Positions 9,574-19,697 of a stretch of DNA of 64,000 bases are shown here, piece after piece. Position numbers and translations under genes: made by a program. The notes below the pieces were generated by a model. That model did not search any database and was not told where the DNA came from. It worked only from the letters and a program-made list of their open reading frames with translations. The stretch's first letter is position 1. Every line of letters begins with the position of its first letter. The stretch covers positions 384,001-448,000 of the forward strand of contig CAVTBV010000012.1 in assembly GCA_963733095.1 (NCBI GenBank). The letters run 5' to 3'. Source of the DNA: Candidatus Bathyarchaeota archaeon. GTDB taxonomy: Archaea > Thermoproteota > Bathyarchaeia > Bathyarchaeales > Bathycorpusculaceae.

Positions 9574-9705
9574 TTAAACACCTTTTTTTCCTTTTTTAAT
9601 ACTCTGGGCTTTTTATACTCGAAATTCATATTTAACCTTTTACCAACAATTTCAGGGTAAGCTTATCAGGCGGGAAAGTAAATACTCAAAGCTAATCGAA
9701 CATAT

Positions 9706-12036
9706 TTGTTGCTTCTGTTAATCGTTACTTTCTCGTTCATCTACCGAATGCTTCTCATGTTTTGGAGCAGTTTTCCTTCCGGCGCTGACATTGGCTTGCA
9801 TAATAGTGTAATTTACTCCATTACTGGTTCAGGAAACACGAATTTTATGTATAACGCATATCAGATAGGCGGTGGCATATCACTTACTTTTCCAGGATAC
9901 CACATCTTCGCTTCCTGCATCGTCCTCATGACTGGACTTCCAGAGTACGTAGCTCAAGCAGCCATAGTGGCTTTGTTCTCATCATTAATCGTTCTATGCG
10001 CATTCTTGGTAACCAAGAGCATATGGTCAACGTCAGCCGCCTTCATCATAGCATTCTTGGTGGCTATTTCACGCTTTGATATAGAAATGCTCCTCTGGGG
10101 CGGATACCCAAACGTCATAACTTTAATGTTGATTCCATTAACCTTCTATTTGTTCTTACAAAAAGACCGCTTTTCCCTGACTCCTTTTCTTGTTTCAACT
10201 TCTATTTTGGCAGGCACAATATTTTTAACGCATTCCTTGAGCGCAGGCATTTTCGTTGGTGTAACATTTCTAACTGTTCTTTTCATACTCATTTCACCCC
10301 AAAAATTCGGTACCCAAAGAAAAACGGGTCTCTACTTGTTACTGCCTATAGTTGGTGGAGTTATCCTTGTTCTGCCTTTTCTGATTCAGGCTATACCTAC
10401 CTATTTGAGCGATAACTCTTCAGCTCCAGGTGTTCCAGGGGTACAAGACATCAACTCTGCAATACTTTCAACTAGAATACTTCCTTTAGAGTTTGTTTTA
10501 CCTCTCTTCGCCATAATTATCGCCTACGTGTTATTCTCCAAAACATACAAAGGACGATTTCTCAGTCTTCCGGTTCTTCTTCTTTCCGTTTGGCTTTTTG
10601 TTCCCCTATTTTTAACCCAAGGCTACCTGTTCGGGTTCATCATCGATTACAACCGATTCCTATACTTCATCATTCTACCAGTTTTGATTTTTATTGCGGT
10701 GTTAATTGACCACGGCGCAGGATTCTTCGCAGGAATAGCTGACTTTTACCGTTCACTGCCAGTCAAAATGAATAAAACAAAGCAAATCACTGACAAAAAA
10801 ATCGTATGGCTCTCCGCTCACTTAACGCACAAGACGGTATATGCAGGATTTATCCTGTTTTTCTTGTTGTTTTCATTTCTTTTTATCCCAATCTTTATGA
10901 CCCCCTCCCAAAATGTCGGTGAAACAATCCAAAACTTCTACCAAGTCATGAATAATCCCGGTTGGGAGGCAATCCAGTGGGCAAAACAGAATACGCCAAC
11001 CAACTCTGTGTTTGTTTCTGACGCACTCTACGGCTGGTGGTTTTCAGGTTTCGCACAACGGCCGACGTTGAGCGCTGTTGACCCACAATACTTGACCAGC
11101 GCCCGAGAAGTAGACCCTGCAATAAACGCCACTAATCTTCTTGACACAGATTATTTGTTGGATAATGGGTTGGTTCAGGTTCGAGAGGATGGAGGATACC
11201 TTGCCAGACACAACCCAGAAATCTTAGCAACACTCAACTGGACATACTTCCCCTACTCGTTCTTCACATTTGACAGTGACGATGTCCAAATCTTCTATAC
11301 AGTAAGTGGAAACATGACGTCGGTAATGTTGGATCAGCTTACCGTAAAACAGATGCAGATGCAAAAGGTAACTGAAGAAAATAACACCACGCTCCAAGCC
11401 GCTGTCACCATAGTAAGAGGCAACGATTACTTCAACTATACCCAAATAACCACAGTTTACAAGGGAGTACAGTTTGTTAACCTGACGACAACAATAGATA
11501 CCACAAGTCCAGGCGTTTCTTTAAACTTGCTTCTTATGAACGTAGAAAGTAAAGGTTACCAAATTTCCTACCCCGACATCCGCACAGTCTGCATGATCGA
11601 TGAAGGCGTAAAAGCTTTTGGCCAACTAATCTTTGCGGTTAATCAACCGGCAGTCAATGTGCAAACGGTCTCGCCGCGCCTAATTGACTTACAGTATAAC
11701 TTGGGGGGCAAGTCTCAAGTGCAACTGCAAATTTCGGCAAGTGCATACTCAGTCACCGATGACCTGCAATACTACAAGGACCCAACAACTGTAAGCAACC
11801 ACTTTGCCCCAATGATCGCGGATAACTTGAACGCAAATCAAAAACCATCCGACACTCTGTTCAAACAAACCTTTGATTACCTAGCAGAAATACGAAACCA
11901 CTCGGTATCCTACATTGCCTGTCGTGTTCCTGAAATGTATCCGAAATTTCTATGGGACCCAGCATTTAGCCTTGTATTTATTAACGCAGAAGTTGCAATC
12001 TTTATGGTAAATGGGAACCTCAATCAAAACGGGTGA
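9706..12036 (+). CDS. Multi-TM GT-C-like membrane glycosyltransferase with extracellular C-terminal domain
   Basis: GADIGLH first-loop motif, FPGYH, many TM helices, AIQWAKQNTP and an AglB-like tail. Confidence 0.7.
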   Translation: MLLLLIVTFSFIYRMLLMFWSSFPSGADIGLHNSVIYSITGSGNTNFMYNAYQIGGGISLTFPGYHIFASCIVLMTGLPEYVAQAAIVALFSSLIVLCAFLVTKSIWSTSAAFIIAFLVAISRFDIEMLLWGGYPNVITLMLIPLTFYLFLQKDRFSLTPFLVSTSILAGTIFLTHSLSAGIFVGVTFLTVLFILISPQKFGTQRKTGLYLLLPIVGGVILVLPFLIQAIPTYLSDNSSAPGVPGVQDINSAILSTRILPLEFVLPLFAIIIAYVLFSKTYKGRFLSLPVLLLSVWLFVPLFLTQGYLFGFIIDYNRFLYFIILPVLIFIAVLIDHGAGFFAGIADFYRSLPVKMNKTKQITDKKIVWLSAHLTHKTVYAGFILFFLLFSFLFIPIFMTPSQNVGETIQNFYQVMNNPGWEAIQWAKQNTPTNSVFVSDALYGWWFSGFAQRPTLSAVDPQYLTSAREVDPAINATNLLDTDYLLDNGLVQVREDGGYLARHNPEILATLNWTYFPYSFFTFDSDDVQIFYTVSGNMTSVMLDQLTVKQMQMQKVTEENNTTLQAAVTIVRGNDYFNYTQITTVYKGVQFVNLTTTIDTTSPGVSLNLLLMNVESKGYQISYPDIRTVCMIDEGVKAFGQLIFAVNQPAVNVQTVSPRLIDLQYNLGGKSQVQLQISASAYSVTDDLQYYKDPTTVSNHFAPMIADNLNANQKPSDTLFKQTFDYLAEIRNHSVSYIACRVPEMYPKFLWDPAFSLVFINAEVAIFMVNGNLNQNG

Positions 12037-14345
12037 GCATGATCTTCTCGATAAGCGCTATGTCTAAAGAGAAAAAAATTGAAATAGCCTTCATCACTAT
12101 TTTCTCAGTTCTTATCTTCGCCATCTTCTACACCGTTGTATCCATGAACGGTGTAGTCTTAGGAAATGACCCAGCGGTACACTTAGAAAAAGCTCAAATT
12201 TTCTTAAACACCGGAAAAATTCCGTTGGCGAACTTGGGTTGGACACCACCACTCTACGAGATTGTGCTCGCAATGTTCATTTCTCTAACAGGGGCAACCG
12301 ACATTGGACAACTGATATTCCTAGTTAAATTCTTAGCTGCAATAGTAGATTGGCTACTGTTCTTCTCGGTGTACTTGATTGCCAGCAAATTTTTTAGCAA
12401 AAGAGTGGGAATGGTTGCTTCCGTTCTGCTGCTGATGTGTTTTCCCATTTATGAAGCCAACCAATTTGGCGGATACACCACTGTTCTAGCTTTGGCGTTT
12501 ATACTCTTGGTGTTTCTTTATACACCGTTAGCAATAGAGCGGTTTGGTTATCTGGTAGTTACTTTTTTTGTTGCTTTCGGGGTTGTTTTGTCCCATCAGC
12601 TTGCCGCGTTCCTTGCAGTCTTTATTATGCCGCCTGTGCTGATTTTCATGTTAATCAAGGGAAAAGGGGCGTACCTTAAAGTCGTCATGGCACTGATTTT
12701 AGGCGGAGGAATAGCATTTTTCCTCTATTATTTCCAAGCCATGATTGGGTACCTTGACCTCGTTATCGAGTACGTATTTTTCGCTGTAAAAACCTACGCC
12801 TACCAGATTCCAGCGGCAAGTTTTAACGCTTTTATTAATAATTTTGGCTTCATCCTCTTCTTTGCCTTAGCTGGCATGTTCGTTTCATACTTCGTCTTAA
12901 AAAAACAAAAGAAAATGATTTTCTACTTAACATTGATGCTTAGTTTCTTTGTTCCGTTTTTCTTTGCTGAATCGTACCTTTTTGGTTTTTACATGCCCTT
13001 CGGCTGGTTTATCTACTATTTGACGCCTGTAATGGCAATTCTGGCAGCAGTCTCTACTGTTTTCTTAGCCGAAAAGTCCCACACATTCTATATTAAAAAT
13101 AGACAAATGTTCAGAAAAAATTGGTTAAAGATAACTACCGTCGCCATAATAATATTGGTATCTATCATGCTTGTTTACCGCTCCGACATAGTTTACGGAA
13201 AAATCATGGAAGCCAGTGTTTACTATTCAACCACAGATGTAAAAGCCTACGATGCAGGTGTGTGGCTCAACGCAAACTACCCTGGAAACAGCACCGTCAT
13301 CGCAACGGAGACACCGGGCTTTTGGTTCCAAGAGTTTTCAGGTAAAAACGTTATAGCACAAACTGACCCAACCGTGCAGAGAAACGAAATTGCCGAATCA
13401 GTACTGAGTTTATCCTATGAAATTGAACATCCACAAACCCTCATCAGGGCTTACGAAGCAGGAGGCGACATCTCCGAAGAAACCTACATCTCCATAGACC
13501 AGGTTTGGAACAGGGTTTCTTACTTCTCGGAAAGCGGCGCCTTCCTCTCATACACCGTAAACGGAACCAACTACAAACAAATCCCGCTCGCAAATCTAAC
13601 CAAGCAAATAGTTTTCGACGAACAAAGTTCTCCAAAAAAAATAGAGCTCACTTACTCTAACAATTACTTAGCATTAACAAAAACAACAGTAGTCGAAAAC
13701 ACCAGTTATCCCCTAGACGTTTCTTGGACGGTGACATCGCTAAAGAGCGAAGTCTTCAACGCAACACTATACTTGAGCACTTTCTTTGATCTCAAATACG
13801 ACTTCGAAAAAGCCCAAATCCCCGGGCTTCTAGATTGGGTTAACCCATGGGATGCGCCTCAACCCATAAAAACCGTCGATGGAAAAGAATGGGCAGTCGC
13901 AAGCTTTGTAAGCGCAAACTTGAAGGACAATTACATAGGAGTCTACGACGACAAAGACAGCATAGCTTTCGCGTTCAAGTTTAATGATTTGCCCGTATGG
14001 GGAAACATCGGTGCTTTGGGAAACAGGCAGATTGATGCAGTCAGGTTCCAGTACCAATTCAACGACCTAAATGTCAACCAATCCGATTCGCGCTCATACC
14101 AGGTTCTTACTTTGTCAAAAAACACTTTCCCAGCACTTCAGCCAGACGCATTAATAGGGTTGTTTAAATTAAAAACAGCTGAATTCACCGTGTCAGCAAG
14201 AGACTACACGGATTACATCAAAGAAAACAACATAGGCTTCATCGTCTACGACCGAAACCACTTAGACACCAAAATGAGCCACAGCAAACTCTTACAACTG
14301 ATCTACTCAAACGACCGATACGTCATCTTCAAAATCCTAAAGTAA
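12033..14345 (+). CDS. Multi-TM GT-C-like membrane glycosyltransferase, paralog
   Basis: GNDPAVH, WTPPLY, SHQL, AGVWLNANYP and YSNDRYVIFKI. GTGA overlap with the upstream paralog. Confidence 0.7.
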   Translation: MSMIFSISAMSKEKKIEIAFITIFSVLIFAIFYTVVSMNGVVLGNDPAVHLEKAQIFLNTGKIPLANLGWTPPLYEIVLAMFISLTGATDIGQLIFLVKFLAAIVDWLLFFSVYLIASKFFSKRVGMVASVLLLMCFPIYEANQFGGYTTVLALAFILLVFLYTPLAIERFGYLVVTFFVAFGVVLSHQLAAFLAVFIMPPVLIFMLIKGKGAYLKVVMALILGGGIAFFLYYFQAMIGYLDLVIEYVFFAVKTYAYQIPAASFNAFINNFGFILFFALAGMFVSYFVLKKQKKMIFYLTLMLSFFVPFFFAESYLFGFYMPFGWFIYYLTPVMAILAAVSTVFLAEKSHTFYIKNRQMFRKNWLKITTVAIIILVSIMLVYRSDIVYGKIMEASVYYSTTDVKAYDAGVWLNANYPGNSTVIATETPGFWFQEFSGKNVIAQTDPTVQRNEIAESVLSLSYEIEHPQTLIRAYEAGGDISEETYISIDQVWNRVSYFSESGAFLSYTVNGTNYKQIPLANLTKQIVFDEQSSPKKIELTYSNNYLALTKTTVVENTSYPLDVSWTVTSLKSEVFNATLYLSTFFDLKYDFEKAQIPGLLDWVNPWDAPQPIKTVDGKEWAVASFVSANLKDNYIGVYDDKDSIAFAFKFNDLPVWGNIGALGNRQIDAVRFQYQFNDLNVNQSDSRSYQVLTLSKNTFPALQPDALIGLFKLKTAEFTVSARDYTDYIKENNIGFIVYDRNHLDTKMSHSKLLQLIYSNDRYVIFKILK

Positions 14346-14373
14346 TAGCCATAATGAAATTTCGAGTTGTCCT

Positions 14374-14399
14374 CCCTCTACTGGTTTCTGAAATGAGTT
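14374..14399 (+). repeat. Short dispersed intergenic repeat, copy 1
   Basis: ccctctactggtttctgaaatgagtt matches the reverse complement of 50019..50043 at 22 of 26 positions. Confidence 0.5.
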
Positions 14400-14548
14400 T
14401 CTCCCTATATAGGCAATAGCGCAATGATTGGATATTTAGTATCCAAATAAGCTTTAACACATCTGTAGAGCAGATGTTAGTTGAAAGCGTTTCTTCTCAA
14501 AACATTTAAAGGTATTAGCGCTAACAGGTTAATCGTGGAGCAGACAAT

Positions 14549-14785
14549 TTGAAGTTTACAAAACACAGTTTGGTAATCGTTTGCGTTTTTGCATTTTTGT
14601 TGAGTGCGAAGCCAGCTTTAGGCTGGAGCAACGGCGGCTACTCAGACAATCCAGCGCAGCAAGACTATGGAACGCACGACTGGATTGCACAGCACGCTTT
14701 GCAGATTTGGCTGTTTTTGGGCACGTTTGCTTCGTTATCAGGAACTGAGTTACCCAATAAATTCATCAAAACAACACTGACCTAA
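14549..14785 (+). pseudogene. Truncated Zn-dependent phospholipase C/P1 nuclease-like secreted protein
   Basis: Signal peptide followed by WSNGGYS...YGTHDWIAQHAL (Trp1 and His metal ligands); similarity then breaks off and the ORF stops at 78 aa. Confidence 0.65.
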
Positions 14786-14929
14786 GGGCTAATAATGATA
14801 TGTTACTGTTGGAAATCAACTACAGACAAAAAGATTCCATGAAATAGTTAATCTGCAACAATGCTGAAACATTTTTTTGGATGTTAGATATGCAAAAAGA
14901 AAAGAGCATGTCTAAAGAATACTCTTTAG

Positions 14930-15196
14930 GTGTGCATTGTGCTTTCCGCGTTTATTATAGTCCCTGTTCCAGCGTATTCTCAGTATTTGATTTGCCCAAA
15001 ATGCAGATCCCAAGTAGCTTTCATGTCTAACTACTGTGATTTCTGCGGTGAACCCCTAAAAACAAAAATTTTTCTGAAAATTTGTCCAAAATGTAAAACC
15101 AGAATGCCAGTTGTAACAAATTTTTGCGCAGAATGTGGACAAAAACAAGATACGCCACCCTTGGACGAAACGGCAAAACTTTGCCAGCAAACATAG
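14930..15196 (+). CDS. Double zinc-ribbon protein
   Basis: Four CxxC pairs: CPKC, CDFC, CPKC and CAEC. Confidence 0.75.
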   Translation: MCIVLSAFIIVPVPAYSQYLICPKCRSQVAFMSNYCDFCGEPLKTKIFLKICPKCKTRMPVVTNFCAECGQKQDTPPLDETAKLCQQT

Positions 15197-15265
15197 AAGA
15201 GTAAGCTGCATCCAAGAAAAGTCGCGATTTCTTTGAATTACAAGCAAGAAACTTAAATATTATAG

Positions 15266-16348
15266 ATGATAATCAAAACGCGGATGACTCTTACTCAAAC
15301 TATTCAGCAGATTCTAAACATTAACGCAGGTACAGCCGAAATCTTAGCCTCAATAATCTTATTGACGATTGTTGCCTGCGTCGGTTTGGGAATTTATCTT
15401 GTTTTCAACAGGTACTTTTGTAAGTGGACACAAAAAACTGCAACAACATTAGATGACGACGTTCTTGCTGCTGTTAAAATCATTATAATCGTAATGATCG
15501 TGGTAATTGGCATTGAATACGCACTTAACCCACTCTCTTTACTTCAGCCTTACAAAAGCACATTAAACGGAGTCTTTACTGTTCTTGAAATCTTCTTAGG
15601 CGCGTTTGCCGTTACGCGGGTCTCAAACATAGTGGCAGACTGGTACACAAGCAAAACTGCGCTCATAGCTGGAAAAAACAGCCGCCACCTACTGTTCATC
15701 TTAAAGAAAATCATACAAATAATAGTCTACATCAGCGCTTTCCTCATTATACTCTACGTATTTAAAGTTGACCTTACAGGTGCAGTGGTTGGCTTAGGAG
15801 TCGGAGGCATCGCCATAGCATTCGCCTTACAGAGCACTTTAAGCGATTTCTTTAGCGCTTTCTCAATCTACTTTGATAGGCCCTTCGAAATAGACGACTT
15901 CATCGTAGTGGGAGACTACAGCGGAACAGTAAAAAACATCGGCGTCAGATCCACAAGGATCAAGCTTCTCCAAGGCGAAGAACTCGTTATATCTAACAAG
16001 GAATTAACCGCGGGTACCGTGCGGAACTTTAGAAAACTGGAGAAGAGACGCGTAACATTCAATATTGGAGTAACCTACGACACATCCGTTGTAAAACTCA
16101 GAAAAATCCCCGGAATAATCACGTATATTATTAATAACATGGATTCAACAACGTTTGACCGAGTAAACTTTACTGAGTTCGGAGATTTCAGCTTAAAATT
16201 CCTCGTAATCTACTACGTAAACTCAGCGGATTGGGGAAAATATTTGGATTTGCAGGAGAAAATCAACTTTGCCATTAAAGAAGCGTTTGAACGTGAAGAC
16301 ATAGAGATGGCGTTCCCAACCAGCACAGTCTATGTAAAAAAAGATTAA
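15266..16348 (+). CDS. mscS: Small-conductance mechanosensitive channel
   Basis: GVGGIAIAFALQSTLSDFF, DRPFEID, GTVKNIGVRSTRI and IEMAFP. True start may be the ATG at 15284. Confidence 0.93.
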   Translation: MIIKTRMTLTQTIQQILNINAGTAEILASIILLTIVACVGLGIYLVFNRYFCKWTQKTATTLDDDVLAAVKIIIIVMIVVIGIEYALNPLSLLQPYKSTLNGVFTVLEIFLGAFAVTRVSNIVADWYTSKTALIAGKNSRHLLFILKKIIQIIVYISAFLIILYVFKVDLTGAVVGLGVGGIAIAFALQSTLSDFFSAFSIYFDRPFEIDDFIVVGDYSGTVKNIGVRSTRIKLLQGEELVISNKELTAGTVRNFRKLEKRRVTFNIGVTYDTSVVKLRKIPGIITYIINNMDSTTFDRVNFTEFGDFSLKFLVIYYVNSADWGKYLDLQEKINFAIKEAFEREDIEMAFPTSTVYVKKD

Positions 16349-16372
16349 TCCAAAAAAGGATTTAGTTTTTTT

Positions 16373-17536
16373 TTATTTGAAGGCGCTGGCGATTCTCTGA
16401 CAAGCCTCAGCGATGCGTTCTTTGGGCTGCGTGAAAGTTATTCTTGCGTATCCTTCGCCATATGTTCCAAAGCCGACTCCCGGTGTCACAGCCACACCAG
16501 CATCCAGCAGCTTACTTGTGAACTGCATTGAATCGCCTTTGCAGTTTACCCAAACATAGAATGTTGCTTTGGGCTTATCGCATTGATAACCAATTTTGCA
16601 GAGTGTGTCAACGAGTAGGTCACGGCGTTCTTGGAGGGTTTGGTTGTTTTTCTTTAGGAATTCAGGAGCTTCCGCACTCTTGTAGGCTTCTAAAGCTTTG
16701 ATAGCGACTTTCTGTGTGTAGACTGGGGGTCCCGAGTCGATCTGAGATTTAACTATAGCTAAGCCTGCCACGAGCTTCTTGTTTCCGACGGCGAAGCCGA
16801 TGCGGTCGCCCGTCATGTTGAAAGTCTTGGAAAGCGAATTAAACTCAACAGCTACATCCATAGCTCCATCAATCTCCAATATACTCGGAGCACGGTACCC
16901 GTCATAGGTAATTTCTGAGTACGCGTTGTCGTAGCAGAGCATAATGTTGTTGTCTTTTGCGAAGTCGACTGCTTCTTTTAGGAATTTCTTGTCGACCGTT
17001 GCGGCGGTGGGGTTGTTTGGGTAGTTGATAAACATCATCTTGGCTTTCTCTGTATCGATTGCTTCGAAGTTGGGTTGGAAATTGTTCTCTTCCAGAAGCG
17101 GAATAGGCAACGCTACGCCGTCACAAAGGATGGTACTTCCATTTGCATACACCGGGTAGGCAGGGTTAGGCACCAATACGCGGTCGCCTGGATTTATGAA
17201 TGCGCGGGCGATGTTTGCTATTCCTTCTTTTGAGCCTAATAGTGCAACCACTTGGTCCTGTTGTAAGTCAACGTTGAAGCGTTTTTTGTACCATCCGACC
17301 ACGCCTTCGCGGAAGTCAGGTTCGCCTTGGCTAAAGGAGTAGTTGTGGTTCTTTATGTTGGATGCTTCTTGTTTGAGGGATTCGATGACGAATGGAGGGG
17401 GAGGAAGGTCTGGATCTCCGATGCTAAGTGAAATAAGGTCGATGCCTTGTGCCTTCTTTTCCTTTATAATTTTTTCTATTTCAGCAAACAGGTAAGGAGG
17501 TAAGCGTTTTATTCGATTTGCATATTCAAACGTCAT
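16373..17536 (-). CDS. dapL: LL-diaminopimelate aminotransferase
   Basis: Class I/II PLP aminotransferase (LPPYLF, NYPNNPT, DNAY, SLSKTFNMTGDRIG) and last gene of the dap operon. Confidence 0.85.
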   Translation of the reverse strand: MTFEYANRIKRLPPYLFAEIEKIIKEKKAQGIDLISLSIGDPDLPPPPFVIESLKQEASNIKNHNYSFSQGEPDFREGVVGWYKKRFNVDLQQDQVVALLGSKEGIANIARAFINPGDRVLVPNPAYPVYANGSTILCDGVALPIPLLEENNFQPNFEAIDTEKAKMMFINYPNNPTAATVDKKFLKEAVDFAKDNNIMLCYDNAYSEITYDGYRAPSILEIDGAMDVAVEFNSLSKTFNMTGDRIGFAVGNKKLVAGLAIVKSQIDSGPPVYTQKVAIKALEAYKSAEAPEFLKKNNQTLQERRDLLVDTLCKIGYQCDKPKATFYVWVNCKGDSMQFTSKLLDAGVAVTPGVGFGTYGEGYARITFTQPKERIAEACQRIASAFK

Positions 17537-17539
17537 ATC

Positions 17540-18370
17540 TCATGGCTCCTTGAATAGAGTTCCTTGGTAAACTTTTTCGGCGGCACCACTTAGAAAAAGG
17601 GATTTGCCGACTTCAACTTGGAGATCTCCACCAAGCACGTGAACTGTAACTTTGTTGCCGACTTTTCCAAGCTTGTTTGCCGCAGCCACAGCCGCACAGG
17701 TACCAGTTCCGCACGCAAGGGTTTCTCCGCATCCGCGTTCCCAAACCCGAACCTTCAATTCACTCCGGTTTAGAACCTGGACAAAGCCAACGTTGGCTCG
17801 TTTTGGGAAAGCCTGATTGTTTTCAACTATTGGTCCGACGAAGTCTAGTGGAAATTCATCGATATTTTCCACGAAGATAATGCAGTGCGGGTTGCCCATG
17901 GAGAGGCAGGTTATTTTGTAGAGTTCGCCGTCAACTTTTAAATCCTCGTTAATGCATGTGCCTTTGCCTAGCATTGGAAGTGAAGCTCTTTCCCAGTTCG
18001 GCGCACCCATATCGACCTTGACTGTTAAAATTTCATTATCTTTGATTGTTAACCAAACATTCTTAATTCCCGAGAGCGTCTCGACGGCAAACTCGGTTTT
18101 CTCGACGATGCCGTTTTCGTAACAGTACTTGGAAAAGCAACGTATGCCGTTTCCGCACATCTCTGCTTCACTGCCATCAGCGTTGAAAATCCGCATCTTC
18201 GAATCAGCAATTTTTGATGAGGAAACGATCAACAGCCCATCAGCCCCAACTGAGAAGCGCCTTTCACAAAGCTTTTTAGCCAAAGCTGAAGCATCGCTAA
18301 TTTTCTGCTCTCTGTTATCAACCACGATGTAGTCGTTGCCTAAACCGTGCATCTTCCAAAAGCGCATCAA
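17540..18370 (-). CDS. dapF: Diaminopimelate epimerase
   Basis: KMHGLGND, EMCGNG, GNPH and ERGCGETLACGTG. Confidence 0.97.
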   Translation of the reverse strand: MMRFWKMHGLGNDYIVVDNREQKISDASALAKKLCERRFSVGADGLLIVSSSKIADSKMRIFNADGSEAEMCGNGIRCFSKYCYENGIVEKTEFAVETLSGIKNVWLTIKDNEILTVKVDMGAPNWERASLPMLGKGTCINEDLKVDGELYKITCLSMGNPHCIIFVENIDEFPLDFVGPIVENNQAFPKRANVGFVQVLNRSELKVRVWERGCGETLACGTGTCAAVAAANKLGKVGNKVTVHVLGGDLQVEVGKSLFLSGAAEKVYQGTLFKEP

Positions 18371-19662
18371 GGTCCACCTTGTATCCGTTGACTAGCCATC
18401 AAATCGTTCAGCTCCTCACGCCTGCGAACCAAAACATCCTTGCCCTGTCTAATCATAACTTCCGCCGCTCGAGGTCGCGAGTTGTACTGAGAACTCATGC
18501 TAAAACCGTAGGCGCCAGCGTTGAGAACTGCCAGCAAATTGCCTTCCTCAACAAGCGGTAACTTCCGGTCTTTGGCTAAGGCATCGCCTGACTCGCAGAT
18601 CGGACCTACTACATCGTAGGTTTCCTTGTCGGCTTTTGCCAGCTTGTTGGTAACTAAGATTGGATGATAGGATCCATACATTGTTGGCCGCACCAGCGTG
18701 TTGAAGCCTGCGTCTACGCCGACAAATTTCTTGGATGGAGTCTGCTTTACAGTGTTAACGCCTGTTAGCAGTATGCTTGCGTCACAAACCAGGTACCTGC
18801 CCGGTTCCACACATAGAAACGGCTTACCTAAACCATACTCCTTGACCTTTGTTTTGAAGGGGGAAACGATTTTGCTGGAAAATTCGGCAAGGTCGAGGTC
18901 TTTGTCTTCTGGCTTGTATGGAATTCCCAGTCCTCCTCCAATGTCGATGAATTCGAATTCGACGCCTACCTCCTCATGTACTCGCTTAGCTATGCTTAAA
19001 AGTTTTTCAACGGCTAAAGCGTACGGCTCAACGCCTAGGATACCTGACCCAATGTGCATGTGGATGCCGAAACGTTCGACTCTGGCACGCTTGGCAATAG
19101 CATAAGCTTGAATTACTTCTTCTTCCCAAAGTCCAAATTTTGATTCGGGACCTGCTGTTATGCAGTGGTTGTGGTGTCCTGCACCAACTTCGGGGTTGAC
19201 TCGCACAGATACGACTGGTGGCACAGTAATCTTGAGTAATCTGTCTAGTTCTGATTGTGAATCCACGTTGATGGTAATATTTGCGCCGGCGAGGAACTTT
19301 AATTCGTCGTCTCGCACGCTGGTTCCAGTGAACAGTATGCGGTCGGGCGTGAATCCGCTGCTTAAGCCCATGAATACTTCTCCTGGACTAACAGTGTCTA
19401 GGTAGGCGCCTTCTGACTGCAGAATCCTAAGAATGGTCAGGTTGCTGTTGGCTTTGCAGGCATAGTAGACGCGGAGATGCTTGTAGCTGCTGATTAGGGC
19501 GTTGTGGAGACGGTTGTAGTTGTCTCTTATTCGTTTCTCGCTCAGCACATAAAGTGGGGTATCGTATTTTTTTGCTAAATCCTCAACGGAGAAACCGTCG
19601 AAGAAGAGGTTGCCTTTTCGGTCTTCTAAGGGTTCACGAAGCGTTCTCTTAACCATCCACAC
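18367..19662 (-). CDS. lysA: Diaminopimelate decarboxylase
   Basis: YACKAN, HMHIGS, EPGRY, GPICESGD and YNSRPR. Confidence 0.97.
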   Translation of the reverse strand: MWMVKRTLREPLEDRKGNLFFDGFSVEDLAKKYDTPLYVLSEKRIRDNYNRLHNALISSYKHLRVYYACKANSNLTILRILQSEGAYLDTVSPGEVFMGLSSGFTPDRILFTGTSVRDDELKFLAGANITINVDSQSELDRLLKITVPPVVSVRVNPEVGAGHHNHCITAGPESKFGLWEEEVIQAYAIAKRARVERFGIHMHIGSGILGVEPYALAVEKLLSIAKRVHEEVGVEFEFIDIGGGLGIPYKPEDKDLDLAEFSSKIVSPFKTKVKEYGLGKPFLCVEPGRYLVCDASILLTGVNTVKQTPSKKFVGVDAGFNTLVRPTMYGSYHPILVTNKLAKADKETYDVVGPICESGDALAKDRKLPLVEEGNLLAVLNAGAYGFSMSSQYNSRPRAAEVMIRQGKDVLVRRREELNDLMASQRIQGGP

Positions 19663-19697
19663 ACACCAAACTCTACCAGTTATCGTTTGAGCGGCAT

